Source: a virus. Taken from it: 34,301 nucleotides of DNA. Positions 30,034 to 34,301 of the stretch are shown here, piece by piece. Under the pieces are notes generated by a model. It had not been told where the DNA came from, did no database searches, and saw only the letters and a list, made by a program, of their open reading frames with translations. A program made the translations under genes and the position numbers. Numbering within the stretch: the stretch's first letter is position 1; the number at the start of each line of letters is the position of its first letter. The stretch covers positions 1 to 34,301 of IMG/VR virus record IMGVR_UViG_3300025880_000003; one strand, 5' to 3'.

Positions 30034-32079
30034 TTATTCGGCTACTTCACTTCCGGTTGGCTCTTGTTCCTGCCTTCTGAGGATCTCCTCGATGGCCCTG
30101 ATGGCGTTTTCTTCGTTTATGCCTCTAACGGCCTCGCCTAACTTGCCAACAAGCATTACGGCCTTCTCAGCGGCGCTACTGCGCGCAAAATCAGAACCCT
30201 TTTGCAATGCCTGCTCGATTTGGCCCTTGAATGATCCCGGGGCTACTGCGCCGAACATTCGGTCAATTTCGTTAACAAAAATAATCTGATTAATCAAGTC
30301 ATCTTTGATTTGTAAGCCGTATTTTTTAGCAATCGTTTCAACCCTGTCTATCGAGTCTATGATTGTATTTCTTGACCCGTAGTTACTTAAAACCTTTCTT
30401 AGCGCAGTGCCAAACGCTTCGCCTGCCCGATCGCTTTCAAAGTTTACCTTCTTGCCAACAGCTTCCTGAATATCGTCTAGCGCCTGCAATGATTCGCTGA
30501 ACCGGGTGTTTGCCTCTCGGTACTGAGGGAACGTATCACCTAACGCTGTGTTTAGGTTTCGACGTAACTTTTTAACAACCCTCTCGGCCTGCTGCGTTAA
30601 CGGATTGGCCCGTCTTTTACCGTAATCAACCTGCGTATCAATGTACCTTTTAGCCGTATGCACACCATAAGCATCAGGCACATCAGTGTCACCCAATCTT
30701 TCAAGGACTCGGTTTAACAGGGTTGCTCCTGCCCGGTCGCCCTCAATGTCTGAGCCTTTCAAGTTAACTTTAAATTTGCCATTAGAACCGCGCTCTACCG
30801 CAACACCTATATCAGCCAAGTCACTAATGAACTGTGACATTGGTTGATCAAAATTAACAGGCTGTCCTCTAAGCTGAGTCTGGGCAATCCTATCGACCTG
30901 TTTACCGCTTTCTTTTCGTACATTCATCAGGAAATTGACACGCGACATCATTGAGTCGCCAAGAACCCCTGACGGCCTGTTCTTAGCGGCGAAGGCTGCG
31001 CGCTTCTTGCCCAGCTTTAAAATGTTAAGCATCTTTTGCATCTGACGCTTATCAAGATTACTAGACGCCTTTATTGACCCCAAAACCGCTGGATCAAATC
31101 CCTGTTTGATTGCTTCAGTTGCTTGAGGGTCTGCCTGCACCCGGTCGTTAACAAGTCGGAACTCAACAACCTCTGAGCTGTCAGGCTGACTTTTCAGCGT
31201 GTCTCTAGTCTGTTGCGTTCTGCGCTGCTGCATCGCCTCAATGTTAGCGGCTACAGCCTCACCAGCTCGTCTGACTGGCTCCATTGTCCTTGTCGCAGCG
31301 GCTGCAACGGGCTGAATAACGCCCTGCTGTACTGCTTGTCGAACGGGTGGCGGGACCATTACGTCCATAGCCTCTCGACCAGTTTCTTGAATCAGTTGAC
31401 CACCCATTCTTTGAACAGCGGGTGGACCACCGGCCCTAGCAGCTTGAGCCGCACCTGCCAATCCAGCACGAATCGCACCGGCCTCAGCCGCGAGTGGAGC
31501 CATTGCAGGCAACTGACCTAAAACGTCTGCGGTTTCCTGAACGTATTCTTGCCCTAGCTCTGTGCGAGGCATGTAAGTCGCTTCACCAGCGCGGCCCATA
31601 GCCTTTTCCTGAATCATTTGAGCCGCCTGTGGCGTACCAAACTCACCGGAAAGTATTTGTTCAGCAAGACCCTCTAAGGTTCCCCGAACCATCCCGCCAG
31701 CGCCAACGGTAGCGCCTGAAGCCAAGGTCATTAAGACCTCTGCCGCACCAATTAGCTTGTCTTGAAGTGCGGGGTCAACTTGTGGCTCAGGAGGCGGTGG
31801 CATGATCGGACGCCCGTATGCGTCAAGTATCGGTGTCTCAGTCTGGGCGGCAAACATTTGCTCTTCTAAAGTGCCACCTGTAACGCCAGAAGGCTCGGGC
31901 GGAAAAACTTCATCGCCCCTCATCAGCGGAGTTGCGGCAGGACCAACGTCACCAACGACTTGCTCAGTCATAACCTCTTGAGAAACTTCTTCTACGGGTA
32001 TGCCGCCAAATTCATCGCGCATACCGACAGAAACTTCAGTCTCTTCTTCTACTTCGATTCCACCAAATTGATCAGGCAT
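30034..32079 (-). CDS. Putative internal virion / ejection protein (681 aa).
   Basis: By position it is analogous to the P22 ejection proteins. N-terminal tandem: DQFGGIEVEE / DEFGGIPVEE. It shares motifs with the 885-aa and 457-aa proteins. Confidence 0.45.
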   Translation of the reverse strand: MPDQFGGIEVEEETEVSVGMRDEFGGIPVEEVSQEVMTEQVVGDVGPAATPLMRGDEVFPPEPSGVTGGTLEEQMFAAQTETPILDAYGRPIMPPPPEPQVDPALQDKLIGAAEVLMTLASGATVGAGGMVRGTLEGLAEQILSGEFGTPQAAQMIQEKAMGRAGEATYMPRTELGQEYVQETADVLGQLPAMAPLAAEAGAIRAGLAGAAQAARAGGPPAVQRMGGQLIQETGREAMDVMVPPPVRQAVQQGVIQPVAAAATRTMEPVRRAGEAVAANIEAMQQRRTQQTRDTLKSQPDSSEVVEFRLVNDRVQADPQATEAIKQGFDPAVLGSIKASSNLDKRQMQKMLNILKLGKKRAAFAAKNRPSGVLGDSMMSRVNFLMNVRKESGKQVDRIAQTQLRGQPVNFDQPMSQFISDLADIGVAVERGSNGKFKVNLKGSDIEGDRAGATLLNRVLERLGDTDVPDAYGVHTAKRYIDTQVDYGKRRANPLTQQAERVVKKLRRNLNTALGDTFPQYREANTRFSESLQALDDIQEAVGKKVNFESDRAGEAFGTALRKVLSNYGSRNTIIDSIDRVETIAKKYGLQIKDDLINQIIFVNEIDRMFGAVAPGSFKGQIEQALQKGSDFARSSAAEKAVMLVGKLGEAVRGINEENAIRAIEEILRRQEQEPTGSEVAE

Positions 32080-33452
32080 TACGGCTTCCTGTATATTTTT
32101 CCATCAGTCCCTCGATACCTTTCTCCAGACTGTAATTGATCAAAATCTGTTTGCGTGGTAACGGTTATGAATACTTCTTCGCCAGACATCAAAGGCGTTC
32201 TGGGAGCGCCAGAAGCCACGGCTTGTATCTTCGACATATCACCATACTTGTCTTTAATCAAAGCTTGGTTATCAACGGCTAACTTTTGAATCTCAAGCAA
32301 ATTATCATAAAACCTTTGGGGACTTTGCCTTAACTCTAAACTACGCATCGCAGTTTCTAACTTGGCACCCTCTCGGTCGGACAATGGACCCGTACCTCGC
32401 ATCAACGCGACCTTGTCCAAGTAAATCTTGGATTTCAAGGTATTGATCATGGCCTCAAAGTTAACATTTGCTTGCTGAACGGTTGGCAATGCCCCAGCGT
32501 AAGATCCAGTCGTTTCGTGAAGCGCAGATCCTGTATCTTTAGGATCGCCACCAGCCTTTATAATTTTGTCAATAAACCCTATCAAATCTTCTGAGCCAGA
32601 CATTGCGTTGCTGACATCGTTGACCTTGGTCTGAGCCTTCTCTTGCGCCGCGTCTTTCAGGTTTGCAATTTCTAGCTCTAGCTTCTCAGCGGCCCGGGCA
32701 TTGCCAGCGCGCTCTGCTAAGTTTAACTGACCCTGCCGCTTTGCGATCTGCTGCAACGGTCCGCGTATCTCTGAGTCATCAGCGACCATTGCCATAATGT
32801 CAACGCCAGCCTCTGCAAGATTTTGAAATCCTTCAAACTCCTGAAATCTAACCTTGTCTGCAAGCTCTTTAATCTTTCCGGGTTGTAGTGCCGCTGCCCT
32901 AGCCTCTTCGCCTACAGTCTTCATCGTGGCGAAGTAGTCTTTACCGCCGGGTAGCGTAGCTATTCTTGTTCCTACCATCGCCTCAGCGCCTTCAGGGTCA
33001 AGCTTTGCAAGCTCTCTAGCGTCAACCCACATCTTGTTTAATCCGGGGTCGTTTCTAGTTGCCTCTACTCGGCTGGCAAAAATTTGATCAACAATTTCTG
33101 GGTCAGTTTCGCCTGCCAAAAAATTTCTGAGCGCAGTATGGATTTGAGTTGCATCCCTGAAGGCTACCTGCTGCCTTTCCGCTGATAATGCGTCAAATTG
33201 ACTTTGCGCTAACTCAGCAATTTGAGGGTTGATCATGCCCAACCGTAGATAATCCTCAGATGTCCTTTGTTCTAGTGGCTTTTCAAAAAAACTTTCAACC
33301 GCAAGCCTTTCTGTTTCCCTTTGCGCTATTGCGGCCTCTCGATCTTCTCTAGCAAGCCTAGCCCGTTGACCGGCAGCGCCCACGTTAAAGGCTTGACCGA
33401 AAGCCTGCATCGGACTTGGTACGTTTAACGAATAGTTGTATGGTTGTGCCAT
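32079..33452 (-). CDS. Putative internal virion / ejection protein (457 aa, largely helical and coiled-coil).
   Basis: Position. Its start-stop is coupled with the downstream gene. It has a C-terminal TPLMSGEEVF motif. Confidence 0.45.
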   Translation of the reverse strand: MAQPYNYSLNVPSPMQAFGQAFNVGAAGQRARLAREDREAAIAQRETERLAVESFFEKPLEQRTSEDYLRLGMINPQIAELAQSQFDALSAERQQVAFRDATQIHTALRNFLAGETDPEIVDQIFASRVEATRNDPGLNKMWVDARELAKLDPEGAEAMVGTRIATLPGGKDYFATMKTVGEEARAAALQPGKIKELADKVRFQEFEGFQNLAEAGVDIMAMVADDSEIRGPLQQIAKRQGQLNLAERAGNARAAEKLELEIANLKDAAQEKAQTKVNDVSNAMSGSEDLIGFIDKIIKAGGDPKDTGSALHETTGSYAGALPTVQQANVNFEAMINTLKSKIYLDKVALMRGTGPLSDREGAKLETAMRSLELRQSPQRFYDNLLEIQKLAVDNQALIKDKYGDMSKIQAVASGAPRTPLMSGEEVFITVTTQTDFDQLQSGERYRGTDGKIYRKP

Positions 33453-33466
33453 TGTTAACTACCTTT

Positions 33467-34111
33467 CTAAAATTTTAAGAAATCGCCTATGCTCATTCCG
33501 GCGCCAGACGCCATACCTGCTAATTGCATTGGCATGTTCGCAAAGTTAGCAAAGGCCGCGCCCTGACCCAGCGCAGCACCAGCCCGAGCCTGACCCTGCT
33601 GACCGTACAAGTTAGCGATGTTTCCTGCCGTCTGCTGACCATATCCAGCCTGACCAGCCGCTGAAGCCTGACCTAACGAAGTTAAACCGGCAAGGTTTTG
33701 ATATTGATTCTGAATCATGCTCTGAAGCATCTGGGGTCTAAATTGACCCAGAGCGGCTTGGATGTTTCCACCGCGTAAACCACCAGTTGCGGATGCACCG
33801 GCTAATATTCCAGCCTCGCCCTGCTCAACCAGAGACTGGAACATTGGGCCTTGTTCAATCCCGGCGTAGGCTTGTTGCTGCGCCTCTGGCCCTAACAACC
33901 CAAGAATCGCTTGCTGCGCCTCTAACGACCCAGTGCCAGCTTGAACATACGGGGCCATTAACCGTTCAGTCGCTAATCTTGCAGCCCTCTGCTCTTGAAT
34001 GCCCATCTCAGCAGAACGCTCTTGCGCCCGACCAGCCTTTCTCGCTGCTCTTGACTGAATAGCTGAACTAGCAAGCCCCCCGCCTACCATAGCAACCGCT
34101 GGATGTGGCAT
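33467..34111 (-). CDS. Putative internal virion / ejection protein (214 aa, Gly/Ala/Gln-rich).
   Basis: Low-complexity G/A/Q composition (GQASAAGQAGYGQQTAGNIANLYGQQGQARAGAALGQGAAF) is typical of small podovirus internal proteins. Position. Confidence 0.45.
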   Translation of the reverse strand: MPHPAVAMVGGGLASSAIQSRAARKAGRAQERSAEMGIQEQRAARLATERLMAPYVQAGTGSLEAQQAILGLLGPEAQQQAYAGIEQGPMFQSLVEQGEAGILAGASATGGLRGGNIQAALGQFRPQMLQSMIQNQYQNLAGLTSLGQASAAGQAGYGQQTAGNIANLYGQQGQARAGAALGQGAAFANFANMPMQLAGMASGAGMSIGDFLKF

Positions 34112-34301
34112 TATGAAAACTCCTCTAAATAATCTTCTAATTTTTCGCCGTACATTCTCATCACCATGTGGGCGCTGTCTTTAGCAACCTCAGCCCCATG
34201 ACAGAGCTGTACAACCGTTAAAATAATGTCGTAGTACCCAGCGCGCCACATAAACGATCTGGCATCTACATCGCCCTCACGCTCAACGTGGTCAGACGCC
34301 T
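34111..34301 (-). CDS. 3' portion of the same wrapped 147-aa gene (34199-34301 duplicates 1-103).
   Basis: The frame continues ...HGAEVAKDSAHMVMRMYGEKLEDYLEEFS. The stop TAA (34111-34113) overlaps the ATG of the next gene (TAATG). Total length is 356+88 = 444 nt, in frame. Confidence 0.6.
   Translation of the reverse strand, partial: ASDHVEREGDVDARSFMWRAGYYDIILTVVQLCHGAEVAKDSAHMVMRMYGEKLEDYLEEFS
34199..34301. repeat. Direct terminal repeat, copy 2. Identical to 1-103.
   Basis: Same 103-nt string as 1-103. Confidence 0.95.

Noticed and set aside
1-34301. A by-eye search for tRNA, rRNA, CRISPR arrays, integrase, transposase or IS elements.
   Set aside because: I recognised no cloverleaf-like intergenic segments. 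The intergenic space is tiny. I saw no repeat-spacer arrays and no integrase or transposase-like ORFs. tRNA detection by eye is weak, so tRNAscan-SE or ARAGORN should confirm the absence.

Overview
The window looks like one complete phage genome. Its first 103 nt (1-103) are identical to its last 103 nt (34199-34301), so the unit length is about 34,198 bp. This fits a circular or circularly permuted (headful) assembly. One gene is split by the window ends.

Most coding is on the minus strand as one long leftward array. It starts at a divergent control region (19118-19228) and runs in this order:
- cro-like HTH
- lambdoid replication genes (DUF1376-type initiator, lambda P-like loader)
- nin-like genes (NinB, NinG)
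- TerS, TerL
- P22-like portal
- a 176-aa and an 885-aa putative virion protein
- scaffold and P22-type coat
- gp4-like adaptor, fibre, and a string of tiny lysine-rich ORFs
- gp10-like tail hub and a needle-position protein with a C1q-like end
- (wrapping across the window ends) three large putative ejection proteins
- three receptor-binding proteins, two of them pectate-lyase-type beta-helix tailspikes
- holin and an M15 endolysin

A short rightward operon (19229-22789) encodes ERF recombinase, an SSB-like protein, two small HTH proteins, a C5-cytosine methyltransferase and several micro-ORFs. I recognised no integrase, CI-type repressor, tRNA, rRNA or CRISPR array.

Most notable observations:
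1. The methyltransferase gene contains a second 214-codon same-strand ORF in the +1 frame. That ORF carries methyltransferase variable-region and motif-IX-like peptides, and it stops exactly where motif X begins in the main frame.
2. A 25-bp palindrome-containing motif plus a CAGCAAGG leader is duplicated upstream of the methyltransferase and of a counter-oriented unknown gene. That gene sits inside the head module with its own promoter and hairpin.
3. A short peptide motif, PLM(S/R)G(D/E)EVF, and a second TYMPxxExGQEYVQ block are shared among the large putative internal virion proteins.
4. The 885-aa virion protein has an unassigned C-terminal HDAFGH domain.
5. The receptor-binding cassette is an AT-rich compositional outlier.

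All family assignments come from reading the translations and from memory of family motifs. No database search was run.
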